From Azolla caroliniana (lineage: Eukaryota; Plantae; Polypodiophyta), in assembly GCA_043228905.1 (NCBI GenBank), contig JBHGNT010000015.1, positions 248,001 to 312,000 on the forward strand: DNA of 64,000 nucleotides, in the 5' to 3' direction. A program made the translations under genes and the position numbers. Within the stretch, counting starts at the first letter, position 1; the number at the start of each line of letters is the position of its first letter. Under the pieces are notes generated by a model. The model saw nothing but the letters and a program-made list of their open reading frames with translations, had not been told where the DNA came from and did not search any database. Of the stretch, positions 35,401 to 49,400 are shown piece by piece.

Positions 35401-38400
35401 AACTATGAAGCGCAAAAGGTTAAACTGGAGTAACTAGTTGATGTCTGGGTATCATAGGATGTCAGAATATAATCCAGCATGTCAAAAGAGAAGTTTTCCA
35501 ACTCCTAAATTCAATTTTGAAAAAAAAGAGAGAGTAAATTCAATTTAATTTTATGATGAAAAATGGAAGACACGGAAGTCCCAAGTTTTGTTCCTTGCTT
35601 TGAAACGTCTTTGATTGCTTGTCTACCTATGTTATCCCAGAGTCAAGGACATAAGCCATCAACAAATATAATGGAGTCAGCCACAACCTAGAATATGGAT
35701 CACTGAAAAAAACCATCAAAGATTCCAAATTCCAGTCAGGAACATTGATCAATGATGACAATCTTCATGCTAAATAGCGGTTGGTCAATGGTTCACTCTT
35801 TTGTACCAACCTAGGTTATGGATATAGAGTATTCCATCAGACATGTCTGGCACCAAATCAGGGCTGTTCTTTCAGTCTCTCTATAGATCAATGAACAGTC
35901 ATGAACATTGATGACGATCTTCATTGTAAATAGCAGTTGGTCAATGGTTCACTCTTTTGTACCAAGCTAGTATTCCATCAGGCATGTCTGGCACCAAATG
36001 AAGGCTCTTCTTTGAGTCTCTTTATAGATCAATGAAGCTAAGTTTAATGGGAAAGCCATTTATCAATTTTCCTTTAGTACACTGAGGAATGTGACGTCAC
36101 ACTGCCCAGCACAACACACAGCAAGGGTTTGATGCTATGTGTTGAAAACAGGAACAGGTAACATGTATTTCATATAATAGGTGTATCTCTCACTTCTCCC
36201 TCCCTCTCTTTATATAACCCCAGTTGCCAAGTATAGACTCCCTCAAGGCTATGCCATTCTTGCCATGACAGAACAATACCACCAGGCACACTTCCATAAG
36301 CTTCGTGGCAAGCTATTATTTGACACCGTGGTCACCGCCACCCTCATGTACAATGCAGCCACATAGGCTCCAGGATTCCCCAACTACACCCTGACACAAT
36401 GTGTGATGTCAGACATACACCATCAAAGATTCCAATTTCCAATCATAGTCATTAATGAAGAAGTCTTCGTTTGTAAAGAATTAATGGTTGATTAATGATC
36501 CACCTTGTACCATCCTAGCTTATAGAATATTCCAGACATATATTTCAGTCTCTTTATAGATTAATGAAGCAAAGTGTAATGGGAGTGACATTTATCGATT
36601 TTCCTTTAGGGTGACAAACTTGAGATCGTAGTGCCCGGCGCAAAACACAAGGGTTGGATGCTGTCTATTGGGAAGGGAGGAATGGGTAAACATGTATATC
36701 AAATAATAGGTGCAGCCCTCCCTCCTCCCTCCCACTCTCTATGACCCAAATTGCCAAGGATTGAGTCACTCAAAGCTACCCTAATCTAGCCATGCTGGAA
36801 CAATACCACCAGGCACTTCAGGAGCCTCGTATCAATCTTTGGTTATTTGACACCATTGTTCACCCCTGCCCTCAGGTACAATGCAGCAACAGAGTCTCCA
36901 GGACTCCCCATTTACATGTTCACACAAATAGAGCGTCCAATAGTCATGGTGAGGTCACTAATGATAAGAAACAGAGCCTCCACTCCACATGAGACCATCC
37001 GAATTGATTGGCCACAACCCCATGGTGGTTAAAGCATTTTTCCATCATGCGGACACTCCTCAGTGAACATCATCAACAAGACACAAACCACATAATCTAA
37101 AAGAATTCCACATAAGGCATTCCCAGAATCAAAGGAAATGGTGGCAGCAGAGAAGGGGGAAAGATTGTTTTACTCACAAGTGATGACATGGTTCAACAAC
37201 AACAGGCTCAACATCAAGAACTTCCACCCTTTTGATACCATACACCTCTACAAGATGATTGAACAAAACAAGGTATTTGACCACAACCTATGGCAATTCA
37301 ATACCCAAAAGACATGGATCGCGCTAAAGGAGCCTCTTCCCAAAAAGATGGCTGATCACAAAGATCATTTAATGAACTTTTGACCAGATAGTTTCATACA
37401 GAAGCTCATCCCATACCATGTATTCACTCCATACTCACAAACCACCTCAAAAATCATTCCACTACATGCATGAATATCATAATTGAGGATCTCTCCCCCT
37501 CACTCTTTCTCTCGTATTTAAAAGAAGCTTCAGAAGTACCTGATAGCATTTTAGTAGCTTTGTCTCAAAATCACGTAATTTTTTTATTTCCTTTGATACT
37601 TGCATTTCCAATTCCTTTGCGGTGGGCAATCGTATGCGATAACTGAAACAACAGAGGTTCACAATAAGCATACAGCTTCAAACATTTTTTAGTTCTGCAA
37701 GCATGCATATGCATATTGAATTGCAATTTGGTTATCTAAAAGAGTTAGGCCTAATTTGTTTCTATCAGCTTCTGATGAGCATTACATCTATCATTATCAA
37801 GTTATGACAAGCCTCTCATTCATGTTTTCAACAAATTTATGTTCTGTTTGCAAAACCTCTCTAAGTTCTTGTATTAGAATCAATGGCAGCTGAATTAATC
37901 ACAATTAACTACGGAGTTCCAAACGTAAAATCATCATATCACCATATTATCACGGTTTCACATTCCCAGAAAGCGGAAAGCTCAAATTCCAGTAGGCAGT
38001 TACAGTACATCCAAATAAGCAGGATACAAATGAATGTTATGCTAGCTATTATTTGAAGAGAAGAGGGAGCTCATTTCAATACAAAATAAGACCTCACCTA
38101 CCCAGGAACTATATCTCTGAAAAGCACTAGAGAGGAAAGCATAGCCATTTTGGCAATGTTTGCATTCCTATCTGTGCAAAGCCCTTGTAGCTCGATAAGA
38201 GACTCTATATTGTCCTCTGGATCAGCTAGCACTGCTGTTCCAAGCTCAGCCATACGAGCTTTCAATTCTTCAACCCTTTCTTCTTCAGAAATGTCACTCC
38301 GTAATTCTTCCTGCATAGAAACATTTCTTTATTCTAAAGACAATGTATTTTCAAGCATGCCACTACTAGAAATTTAAAAACACCAACTACAATAGCATTT

Positions 38401-41140
38401 GATTTCTCAGGTTCTTTACCAAAGCAGATACACGTGATCCCTCTGGAGTGGTATGAACCACGGCATCCACGACACTATATGCTGCTACTTTATCCTTCCG
38501 TGCTAATTTTCTTTCTTTCCGTCGATCAGTTTTGCTTAGCTTATTTGCATTCCCAGAATCAGATATACTCTTCTGTGATTGTTGTGAGCTCACATCTGTG
38601 TGCTTTCTTATGAGTGCCTTTCTCTCATCCATGCTCATGGACATATCCTTTTGATCTGTTAGGAAAGTAAGTTAATGGTATATCCAATCTATAGAAAGAT
38701 GATGCATAGACTGCATTCTCTCATATTTTTTAAAATTGACAGAAACAGCTTACACATTAATCAAAAAGGAGATATGCTGCTAACATTTACACACACATAC
38801 ACATATATATACAATATATATATATATATATATATTCATTATGCTATTAGAAAGCCCAACAATCAGGAGACATTCACGATTTTCTTTTTGTGTGCTACTA
38901 TTGTCAGATTGGGATGTTAACATACATTTGAGCAGGGAATAAAATCATGAACATACTTGATAAAAATCTGACTTTGGGTCACTGAAACATCTTATCATTC
39001 AATGCTATGAAACATAAAAATACTCTTTTTTAAGTGATGCATGTTCCAATATGACAGCATAGCCTGCATACTTACACCAGACGAGTTATTTGCATTTAAT
39101 CAAAGATTTTTTAACAAATCCTTCAGCCCCGTGATTCCTTTTGATACACTCATTCAAGGAATTTTATCTCTTGCCTACAATAGTATGTAGCCCCGACTGT
39201 TCAACTTATATCAGCCTTAAGCATCTCACACATTACATGTTTACGTGAAATCATCTTTCATGAGAGATGCTTTTTCCTGTCATCAAAGTGTTTCCTTACA
39301 TTGTAAGCAAATTCTGGCTCCTTGCATAAATAAGTCCTTTGACAAATATATACGAGTGGCTCCAAAACTCTAGCATTAGCATTAAGTGATTATCTTTGTG
39401 TGACTACTGAATTCTGAGTTGAGGCACACAAATATCTCATACCATTTCCAGCTTGCCCACTTTTATAAAGGGTACATTGATACATAAACCTTTCTCATCT
39501 TCGGTGAAAATAGAAAAAGAAAAGGTAACTTGCAAATGAACAGCTTGATTTATGCAGCATCAAACAGTTCATTTATGACCTATGGTAGAATTTAAATCTT
39601 TTCAAAGAAAAGATGGCAAAAAGAATCACAATTCCCAATATATCCCGAAAACAGTAGTTTCACAGAAAACAGAAAAGGACAATAAAACATTTTGAGGGTG
39701 AATGCACATACTATGTATATATAGTGTACAATTTATATACAAGGAATGCAAAATAGAGCTTTAGCATTTCAATTTTGAAGCTGTTATAAAACAGAGCTCC
39801 ACATATTATGTGTAGGAAACTGTTAGAAAAACTTTATTTGAGAACAAGCACAACCAGCTATTAATTTGAGGACTTTCACTTAGAGAGATTAGTTCATGCT
39901 ATAGAAGCCTGTACTTAGTTCTTCACCATATAAAAGGGCAATATTTTAAATAAAAACAAAATTCCAGAATAGTTTAAATTAAAAACCAACCTCTAGATGC
40001 TGAAACAAAATAAGCCATATGTATAAATATTATGACTAAATATCTACTGATTCTACCTAGTAATTAGAGGTTGCTGATAAGTTCGATAGTCACTGAAGGT
40101 GAGTAACGAATTCCAAAAGTGGCTGCATTTACAACAAACCATGCTTCATGCAACTATGGATAATTTTCTAGAAAGATTAGAGTCTTCACCATACAACAGA
40201 TCAATTTTTTGGAATAAAAATAGAAATTCGAGATTAATTTTAAATCAGAAAACATCTTAATGCTGAGAAACGCCCATAACTCACTGTACGAATATTATTT
40301 CTAAACATGTACTGATTCTACCTAGTAATTAGAGGCTACCAACATCTTCAATACTCACTTAAGGTGAGAAACAAGTTCTGAAAGTGACTGCAGTTATGGT
40401 TATCACGCTTCACGCAGGTATGGATAATAGGAAAGGAGAAGAGAAAGGACGTGTACCTTCATTTTCAGGCAAAGACTTTAATTGCATAGTACGATAATGG
40501 AGCTCTCCAGACAAGGTCTTCACAGGCAAAGCATCAGCTGGATCCACCATATTTGCTTGCACATGTTCTTCTTTAAAAGAGGATGATTCTCTCTTGGACT
40601 TTTTCTCATAATATGCCTCCAGGTTAATGTCTTGCTTTTTTCCTGCCTTAAGACCAAGAACTTGTCTGCCAAAGTTATGATAACAATTAGCTCAAACCCA
40701 TAAAACGAGAGTCAAACCTCTTGTGAATTCTCCAACTAAGTCTAGTAAAAGATGAAATCAAACAGCCAAGTTTAACCAATACATCCTAACCGAACTGGAT
40801 TAAAGTTAAATGGTGGTGTTGTCTGGACTTCAAAAGTGACAGCAGAAAAGTCGGGGAAAAGCTTACTTGGTGATAGTGGCAGTGTTGAGGTTAGAGAGGA
40901 ATCCAGCATACTTGTGATGCTTAGCAACGTATTTGATATCATCATCAGAAACATGGATATCGTCTAATGCGACTTCAGGGGGCAGCAATGGCATGGTAGA
41001 CGCTTGGTTCTTCTGCTGGGAAAAAGGATTCAGAGAGGAAACGAGTTTCTGTAACCTTTCACGGGAGCAGAAGAACGAAGCAATGCGGGGAAGAAGGAAT
41101 TAATTACCTGCGATTTCCGCTTACGTTTCTGGGACGCCAT
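32423..41140 (-). CDS. NOC3: Nucleolar complex-associated protein 3 (multi-exon)
   Basis: Exons read include 41108-41140, 40867-41015 (LPPEVALDDIHVSDDD), 40457-40665 (DALPVKTLSGELHY), 38420-38655, 38102-38310 (FRDIVPG), 37540-37642 (YRIRLPT), about 34748-34911 (IPHFNFR), 34525-34663, 34297-34458, then FETYFRILK, CLDGLAKFSYLVSVDF, RVSAFVKRL and a last exon with LWEVSLLSKHYHP. Some internal borders are approximate. Confidence 0.93.
35200..36800. repeat. Cluster of diverged local duplications in a NOC3 intron
   Basis: About 35220-35350 vs 35370-35500; the block catcaaagattccaa...ttccatcag(a/g)cat...tttatagat(c/t)aatgaa recurs near 35715, 35905 and 36420. Confidence 0.75.
36250..37400 (+). mobile_element. 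Degenerate non-LTR retrotransposon (RTE-like RT C-terminal remnant, partly duplicated)
   Basis: Peptides KLLFDTVVTATLMYNA and LWLFDTIV.PALRYNA resemble the post-RT 'LF..lv.P.L.Y' motif of RTE-type LINEs; many stops. Confidence 0.5.
39918..40430. repeat. Diverged direct duplication (about 265-bp period) in a NOC3 intron
   Basis: tcttcaccata...tactgattctacctagtaattagagg...aaggtgag...tatggataat occurs twice. Confidence 0.8.
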
Positions 41141-41244
41141 AGCTGCTGCTGCTGCTGCGCTCGACGGCATACAGATGAGACGCGCTCTTCTCTCACGTGG
41201 GCAGCCAGCCGGCAGGGAAGGAGAGGGGTTTTGGACAAAACCTA

Positions 41245-41379
41245 GACACACACACGCGCACACGAGAGAGAGAGAGAGAGAGAAAGAGATACATAGATAG
41301 CTTTAGCGCCTTCTTCTTCTTCTTCTTCTTCTTCAATCTCACACATAATATTCTCGACTCTTTCACACCATTACATCTG

Positions 41380-41411
<32 letters not shown>

Positions 41412-41425
41412 CATACATACATACA
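41245..41425. repeat. Compound (CA)n/(GA)n/(CTT)n microsatellites in the NOC3 5' region
   Basis: Direct reading. Confidence 0.9.
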
Positions 41426-41571
41426 TGATGATACACACATACATATGCTATGCTGCGCTCGTGACTATTTGCTACCAAATCATAATGAGGCATGCGCGTT
41501 TGCGTTTGGATGGGCACGCGCGATCTACATCATCATATCTTTATCCCCCAAAAAAAAAACGTGTGCCTTAC

Positions 41572-41860
41572 TAGTAACCCGCCTCCAACCGGCCTCTGTC
41601 ACTGATGACTCGACTTTGCCCCTTCTCCTATCACCGATAACCCTCCTCTGTCACCAAAAACGTGACTCTAACCCCTCTTATGGTCATCGATAAACCGGCT
41701 CTTTCACCAATAACCCAACTTTGCCCCTTCTATTATCACCAACAACTCGGCTCTGCCTCTTATGTAATCATTGATTACCCAGCTCTCTCACCAATAATCT
41801 GACTCTGTTTTGGGTAACCCGAGTAACTCAGTCCTGTCAAGGGTAACACGAGTAACCAAT
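41572..41860. repeat. Degenerate short tandem repeat (ctctgtcaccrataacccgact-like)
   Basis: Repeated tcacc(a/g)ataac / gact(c/t)tg blocks, ending in two gggtaac(c/a)cgagtaac copies. Confidence 0.65.
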
Positions 41861-42557
41861 GTAACCTAGTCGAATTTTGTGTTGAGTTTAGTAACTTCAT
41901 ACAAGGGGATTTGGAAACTATAAAGAAGCTAGAAAGTGGAATGATGTGTTTTGCAAGAACTCAAATGCCATGATCAATTGGCATAAATCCTATGCAATAT
42001 GTCTTTCTCATGAAGCACATCCTGCATGGCCCCCACATCCTGCTTTCAAGTGGATCAATTAGGGAGCGAGCACCGAATATTTGGGTTTCCAAATTGGATT
42101 CACATTCCTCTGAAGACAATGATTGCACTAGTTATTCCCTCCATTTGACAAAATTTGATACATTGCAAGTCGCATCATAGTGGCAAAACAAGTATTACTC
42201 ACACACAACATGGTACAACTTCTCATGTTGGGACAATCTCCAAGGAAAGTGTACATCAAATTCAATGACTCGTACGCAACTACAATTGGTCTAGTATGGA
42301 ATATCATGTAGCTCGGGCCAAGGTGTTGTTGTTATGGACGTGGAACTCGACGTGATGAGGCTAGGAACTCTAGAAGTTGTGAGTGATGAGACTATGAACT
42401 TTAGAAACAGGGAATGACGCGAGAGCATGAAGTAGAGATGAAGAAGGAGACAAGATGGCATGAAATGAGGATACTAGATTGATGTGTCAATGACTGGCGT
42501 TGAATCCCTTGAAAGGGATCAAGGAAGTTACAAGTACTTATACATCTTTGTCGCATT

Positions 42558-43310
42558 GTTAAGAGTCAAATACTAATGAATAGACCAAAGTAAAGTAAAA
42601 GAAGGAAAATAGATTGGATAAAAGAACCTATTCCACCTTACCACCCCCAAGCTATGATCTAAACATAGCCAACCTACCACTGATATCACATATCGTCAGA
42701 TATTAGGATGACTAATACCTTGGAAGAGATAAACACGATCGTCGAGACGGAAGCCTAGCTTGCACCACCAGTGTCTAAGACAACAACCTTCCGACATAAT
42801 GTGTTTATGAGGGTAGCTTAGCCTCGTATTTATACCTTTTCCTAGGCCCCTTGAATAGATGTGCCTTTCTAAAAGGGTCTCCATTCATTGGTTGCTCATA
42901 TCATGATAGTGCATGCACCTATCATTCCTTCTATCCAATCACATTAGCCCCTTTTTTAACATTAGCCCCTTGACTAATGTAAATATACCCTCACCAACGT
43001 TATATGTACATAACAAGCCTCTACATGTAGTTCCATGCATCAACCCAATTTCATGCAGAAGCTTCTGGATCTTTCTGGAAACTTCTAAAATCTCCTAGAA
43101 TTTGGAATAGATAATCTACTAATAATCTACTAAGATATATATAACATGACCATGTTTTTGGATGTGTTGGTTAGAACATAACACTTGACTATATACAAGA
43201 GGTGAAGAATTTGAGACTTGACATGATTGTTGTCATGACCGTGACAGGTGTGGCCTATACTCACATCACCTAAATCGAGAGGAGGGTTGGGCTTGATTGA
43301 TCCCCTCTCA
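42558..43310 (-). mobile_element. Possible old LTR relic
   Basis: TGTTAAGAG...CTCTCACA ends, minus-strand TATAAATA near 42830, HSE array. No matching TSD found. Confidence 0.35.
43057..43101. promoter_or_regulatory. Heat-shock-element-like array (alternating nGAAn/nTTCn)
   Basis: aGAAg cTTCt gGAtc tTTCt gGAAa cTTCt aaAAt cTcCt aGAAt: nine in-register pentamers, six perfect. Confidence 0.6.
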
Positions 43311-46199
43311 CAATCCAAAGCCCCACTCACCAAATTTGTGGTGCGAGGACTCCAACCAGGGGAGGACTGTTAGAAAATGTTATTGCGGTTACGTTTCGTC
43401 TTACTTTAGGCCACAAAAAGGGGCCAAATTGGCCCCCTAAACAGGATGGATTCTAAACATGGATCTCAAACCAAGTTTCTCACGCCAATTGGAGGATAGA
43501 TTCAGTGCATCCATGTGGAAGGTGTTGTCGTGACATAAGACGAGGGCTCAAGTTCGATCAACCTAAGTTTGAACCTACCTAACTTAGTCAACGCATTCTA
43601 TGGACCCCATGTATCAGAGATGAATTTGGTCAACTAATTGGATAAAGCAAGGGATAGTCATGGGGATGCATTGCAGAAGGTCCAGGAAATAGTATAAAAT
43701 GTTGGAGACGGGTTATGCATTAACTCATTCTAAATGTTTGGATTCACTTTTCTCTCTTACTTTCGATGAATGGGTAAATACCTGATTTTTTGTTGTAAAC
43801 CAATTGTCTCATGGGCCAATTTTGGTCTTAGAAGACGTTAATATATCTTTCTTTGTTTCTTTCTTATTAAGTGAAAAAATGGATTCTAAGAATAACAATA
43901 TGCTTACCTTTACGACTACAAGGTTAGAAATATGTCCTTTTGTTAGTTTTGTTGAAAGTTTTTTAATATCGCATCCAAGGACCTATGATGTATAATATGT
44001 GAATGTATATATTTTCCGTACAAGTAAAATTTGACATCACATTTAAATTAGCACAGACAAAGTAATTGACATATATACCCTTGATTTATCAGACATGTGA
44101 AACTAATGGTGTAAGATTGCATAATGGTTTGTAGACATAGAGCGTAACCGTTAAGTGAAATAATGTCTTATTCTATATACTGAATCAACTCTAAATGGCT
44201 TAGTGTTTCCAATTTAAACTATTGGTCATAGACCAAACATATTATAATTTGTGGGGAACTCCCCTTTATTAGATAAGAGTCATATAGTTGGTTAATGGGC
44301 TATGGGCTTGTAATGTAAAAAGGGACCCTTAAATGTTTCCAACTGATATGAAAGTGCAAGAGCTCTTTGTATACAAAAGGTGATCGGGTAACCCAACCAT
44401 GGGGTGGGGCTACGTTTTGGTTTTGATTCTCTTCCCTTAGAGCCGCTTTCCTTTATGTAGCTTTTCCACGCTAATTATTTGAGAGATCATGTTTTTTCAC
44501 TTATTAATGATCTACTTAATTGAGACACATTGTATGTTTCTTATGTAGTGATTGTTTATTTAATTAAGACAATCATAAATTTTCATAAGTGTAGTGATTA
44601 GGTGTGTGCTATTTTATATTAACTTAATAAACCTTTGAAGTTTCATCAGTTGCATAGAGTCTAGAGGTTAGTGGTTTTATGTATTGATGTATGATGTGGT
44701 TTTTACCATTAGGGAGTGACATCCGCCAACCCCTCAAATTGCCCATTAAGAGGAGGCGACCCATAGAAGTGTAACATTCTAATATATGAGTTGTGTTTGT
44801 CCCTTTAGAGAAACACGATTTAATGATGAATAACTTGGATTCAACTAGGGCCACATTATCATTGCGATGAACAATTCTTTACTCCTTGAGCTACTATTTA
44901 TAACACGACAATGTTAGGATGACAAAGGGTTATTCTTCTTCGTCATTAGGTCTTGCATATACAATTGGACATCAGTCTCATGCATTAGCATCGACATCCC
45001 CATAAGCATACTTGCATTATTTTTATTAAATGAAGGAGATATGGATGATTGGTTGGCCTTGAATTTATAAAGAGAAATAAATGTCCATAGTGAAGCGCCA
45101 CAATTAGGTGACTATTTGGCAACTAATCATGGATTAAATATAAAACAAGTCTCGCCATGGCATAATCTAATATGCATTTAAACCGCCCAACATATCGGGG
45201 TGCTAAAATTCTCATGTGGCCATACCTTTAATTATTTTAATGGGGAAAGTTCATTCATGTGTATGACTATTTCTTGAGATGCTCTTAGTTTTTTCATACG
45301 GGCAAATGGCGTATAGTCAACAAATACAACATATATGTGCATGTGCGTTTGTGTGTAGTCGAATAATTTTTTCCTTTAAATTAAAAAATGTGGTGGAATT
45401 CAACAACCAATAAAAGCGTGCTAATCAACACAAGCTTCTAGCTATTATAATTCAATTCAATATCGTTTGGGTAATCAACAACAAGCAATTATGGTAAACC
45501 AATTGTCCCTTAATTATTGTAAGTTCAGGCAATTCATGATGGAAGCTAGTATCCTTTAATTCGTGGAGTTTTTGTAACAACTACGTAATAATCCAAGAAG
45601 GGGGCAAACCAGAAGGTGTTTTGAGAAATATAAATAGGAGCACAGAGGCATCTCACAATATTCCCATAGTGTAATATATTTGGTGGTTACAACGTAATGA
45701 GAGAGAGAGAGATGCATGGTGGAAGTGATCCGAATCGGGTAATAATTTTCCGAACAAAATTAACTTTACAAGCAAGTATATGCATGGAATATTCTTTCTT
45801 CCAAAAGCAAAGACACAAAATGCCAGCGGATGAGGACATGGGCTCGACATACATAACAATGCTATGAATTGCGTTTGTCGAGATTGACACGGTCTGGCGA
45901 AGATGGGCACAATGGAGGGGAAAGCAAGTGCAATGACAACATCTAGTGCTTGGGATATTGACATCACATCGGCGAGAGTTAAAAAAGTGTGGCATGTGTG
46001 TGTGTGTGTGTGTGTCCATGGTTGGACTTGGGGATAAGTTTTTAGGATTCTATCCATCTCTTTATGTATGTTAATGTATGTATATATATCTTAAGGAAAG
46101 GAGTGGAAGATGGAACTTTTATGGAGAACCTATATTTGATTGACCCTAGAGTTTCATGAATTTGTATTTCTAGCCCAAGGGGCGGCACTCAGCAGACAC

Positions 46200-46359
46200 A
46201 TCTCTCTCTCTCTCCCTCTCTCTCTCTTCTGTCTCTGTCTCTCTCTTCTGTCTCTCTTCTTCTTCTTCTTCTTCACGGGTTTCTTCTACCCCTCTCTCTC
46301 TCTCTCTCTCTCCCCTCCTCCTTCCGTATATATTATTTCTCGCCTGCGTTCGCTTCTCC

Positions 46360-46394
<35 letters not shown>

Positions 46395-46492
46395 CTGATC
46401 TCTTCTCGCAGAAATTTTCCTCCTCGCGCAGAAGCATCTCGCTGATCTTCATCGCTGCTTTGTTTTTTTGCTTTTCTCTTTCATGGACGCAG
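46200..46492 (+). promoter_or_regulatory. Probable CT-rich first non-coding exon of the RING gene
   Basis: (CT)n/(CTT)n tracts typical of plant 5' UTRs, ending at donor-like cgcag|gtttg. No other gene lies between it and the RING CDS. Confidence 0.55.
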
Positions 46493-49400
46493 GTTTGATC
46501 ATCTTTCTCTCCTCCGTGTTTCGATGTATTTCATAATCCCTCTCTTTTTTTTCTTTGGCGTCTGCGTGTGTCTTAAAAAATCGCACTCCCAGGGTATTTC
46601 CTCTCCTCTATTCCCTCTCCGATTCATTCTTCAAAGTCTAGATACTGCGGAATGGATTCGTAGATCAAGGGAATCGGGGTTGAAATGACAGGAGTGGGGC
46701 ATTATAGACCGTTCTCTTTAGCAAAGATGGCCGATCTTTCTACTTCCATCAAAATAGTAGCGTCGTCTTTCTCTCCAGCGATATAGAAAGAGAGTGCAGA
46801 TTGTAAGCGAAAAAAAAGAAAAATCTGTGCAGAAGAAAGGGGAAATCATTGGCTGTCCAAAAGAAAAAAAAAACGTGGAGAAGAATGGGAAATTATGGGC
46901 CATCAGGATTTAATTTGTGATATCAAAGAGACAAAATAGTGGCCGTGCTTTCATTTGCTATACATGCCTTTGTTTTCTTTGATATGTACACATATAAATA
47001 TTCATGCATATGAACTCTACAGACATGTCATTCGTCTCTATCAGATATAAATATGATATGTATTGTAACCAACTTCTCGATGGTGCTTATAAAACATGGA
47101 ATACACTCGAACAGGGAACTTGCTGTAGAATAATGGGGATTTACCTCTTCTGATGTCATGTATCGATGGAAATGGATAGTTTCCTTTATTTCCTCATCAA
47201 CATATAACCGCAAGTCCGTTAATTTTTAACATTTTGTTTGTGAGTGGGTGTAATGAATTGCCGGGGAAATCCTTTTTACTAGCTGGCTGGTTCCCATGTT
47301 TGTGCATGGAATGATCACAGAAATATTTATGAAGAAATACAACAATTTTTTCTGACAATTCTAATGATTTCTGTCAGGATATTGATCCCTCCTATGAATA
47401 TCTCCAACATGGCAAATGCAAAACTCTAGATGCCATAACGCCATTCCAGTGAACTAGCTCCAATTTTTGCCCCTTTGTGTTTCACCTAACTGATCTAAAA
47501 TTAACTAAACTGCTAGCTGTATTTCTGACATTGTTTCATACAAGAGGGTTGTTCATTAAGATGATCAAGGCATTCTGGGTTTATCGATCACCATTCTGGC
47601 TCCTATTGCCATTACGGCTTTATATTGGCAGAAGGAGCTTAAATAAATTGCAAGTTTCCATTATGGTAAGGTATTGATGGGTCACATGAGGTCACAAAGT
47701 TCTGAGGTATTATAGGAGATGAAAAAAGGTAACTTCCATGGAAACAAAACGTCCTCTTCAATCTGAAAAGGATTTACTAGTTCTTGTGGCAATGAAATTG
47801 GAATGTACCTATCACATTGGCACATGAGATATTCTAAACATTTCACTTGATTCAGATACTGGGAAGTAATTGAAGTTGATGCTTCTCCAATATGATCCAA
47901 TTTAATCGTTTTCCTTATAGGTGGAAAGGGATAAATGTCTGAACATCCTGTTGTGATAGCTTGTGAGGATTATGTGGCATAGTCTTCCTCTGAATCAATC
48001 ACTGATGAAGTTGTTGTAGATTTCCAAAGCAGTATTCAAGTTGATTCTTAGTGTTCCAAGTTATCCTGTCTCAAGACTAACTTCGATTCACCTATTCTGG
48101 AATCAATGTTTTGTGACATTGAATTATTCAGTGTTTTTCATCAAGCCTTTAGTGTCAAGAAAAATATGTATTTGCACGAACGAATGACCCAAGACTGGTT
48201 TTACGACATTTAAACAAAAAATCGTAGAATGTCTGGCTTACTTATTGCGTTAATGAAGTTCAAGCCAAATAAGGATGGACAATGTGCGAAACAACTAACC
48301 TTCTCTCTATTGAAGCTAAACTAGTGACCATCCTTATAGCTAAAGTAATGATTCTGAAATGATGAAAATGTAGCATTCAACAAGATAATCTCAGAATGAT
48401 TCAGATGTATGGTATACGATTCTTGCATATTAAATATGCAAGAAGACATTGACATTGATCCTGTCGGAAATGAATAGAGGATTTTGTCATGGTTGGCAAA
48501 CCTAAATGATCAGTAACCAGTTTTACTTTAACTATTCTAGTTTGCTGTCGAACGTTATGGAAATGTGGGAACCCCATAGAAATGGTTTGAACAGAGAGTA
48601 TGATCCAACAAGCCAGGTTTTCTTTTCAGAGCAACGATGCTAAAACAATGTGGGGCGAGTTTTGTATGCATATGAGCGAAACATCCATTGCTGTGGAGTT
48701 AAATACCTGCGAGCATGTTTTGCAATCCTCATGTATTCTGTACATATGTAATTGGCAGATATTAATAAGCTTTTGAGGTCGAAAATACTCATCTCAATGA
48801 GTTTCATAGACAGTCTTAGTAATTGGAAGCTCGTCATCCCATTTCATCTCAGTAAAGTCCATTTTTATGTTTGAATCTAATCACCCTATAGATGATATAT
48901 ATTTGCGACAGCTGTTTTAGATAATTTATACTCTTGTTTCAACTTTGAGCTGGAAATAGTTTCTTAAACATTCGTAAGGAAAACACTAACCCTGGATTAC
49001 CCAATTGCTATTCGCAAATTTGTGGCAGGTTTTCCAGATTTTTTGATGATAAAGACTTCTGAGGTTGTTCTCATAAGTTCCTGTGACTTCTTGTACATTT
49101 GTAACACTGATGTTTTCTAAGCTTCAACATAAAGAAATAAATGCCAACCTTAGATACTGCCAGGTCCGTTTTAGGTATTTGCTGCATGCCCCTGTCCATT
49201 TATCCATTTCTGGGTTTGAGTTGACATCTTTGCAACTCAAGTGTACAATATTAATTAGAAAATATATTACAAATGTGAGAAGGTATATTTTATCACTTGT
49301 CTTATTGAATATTCATCCGTCCAATACCATGTAAGGGATAGCAGAAAGATGCTGCCTGGAAATTATTCTAAAGTTGGTGGTGGTTCTAGGCATTATAGTA

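Noticed and set aside
43349-43800. PPT-like ggggaggac followed by TGTTAG as an LTR start
   Set aside because: No upstream pol remnant or LTR end could be established.
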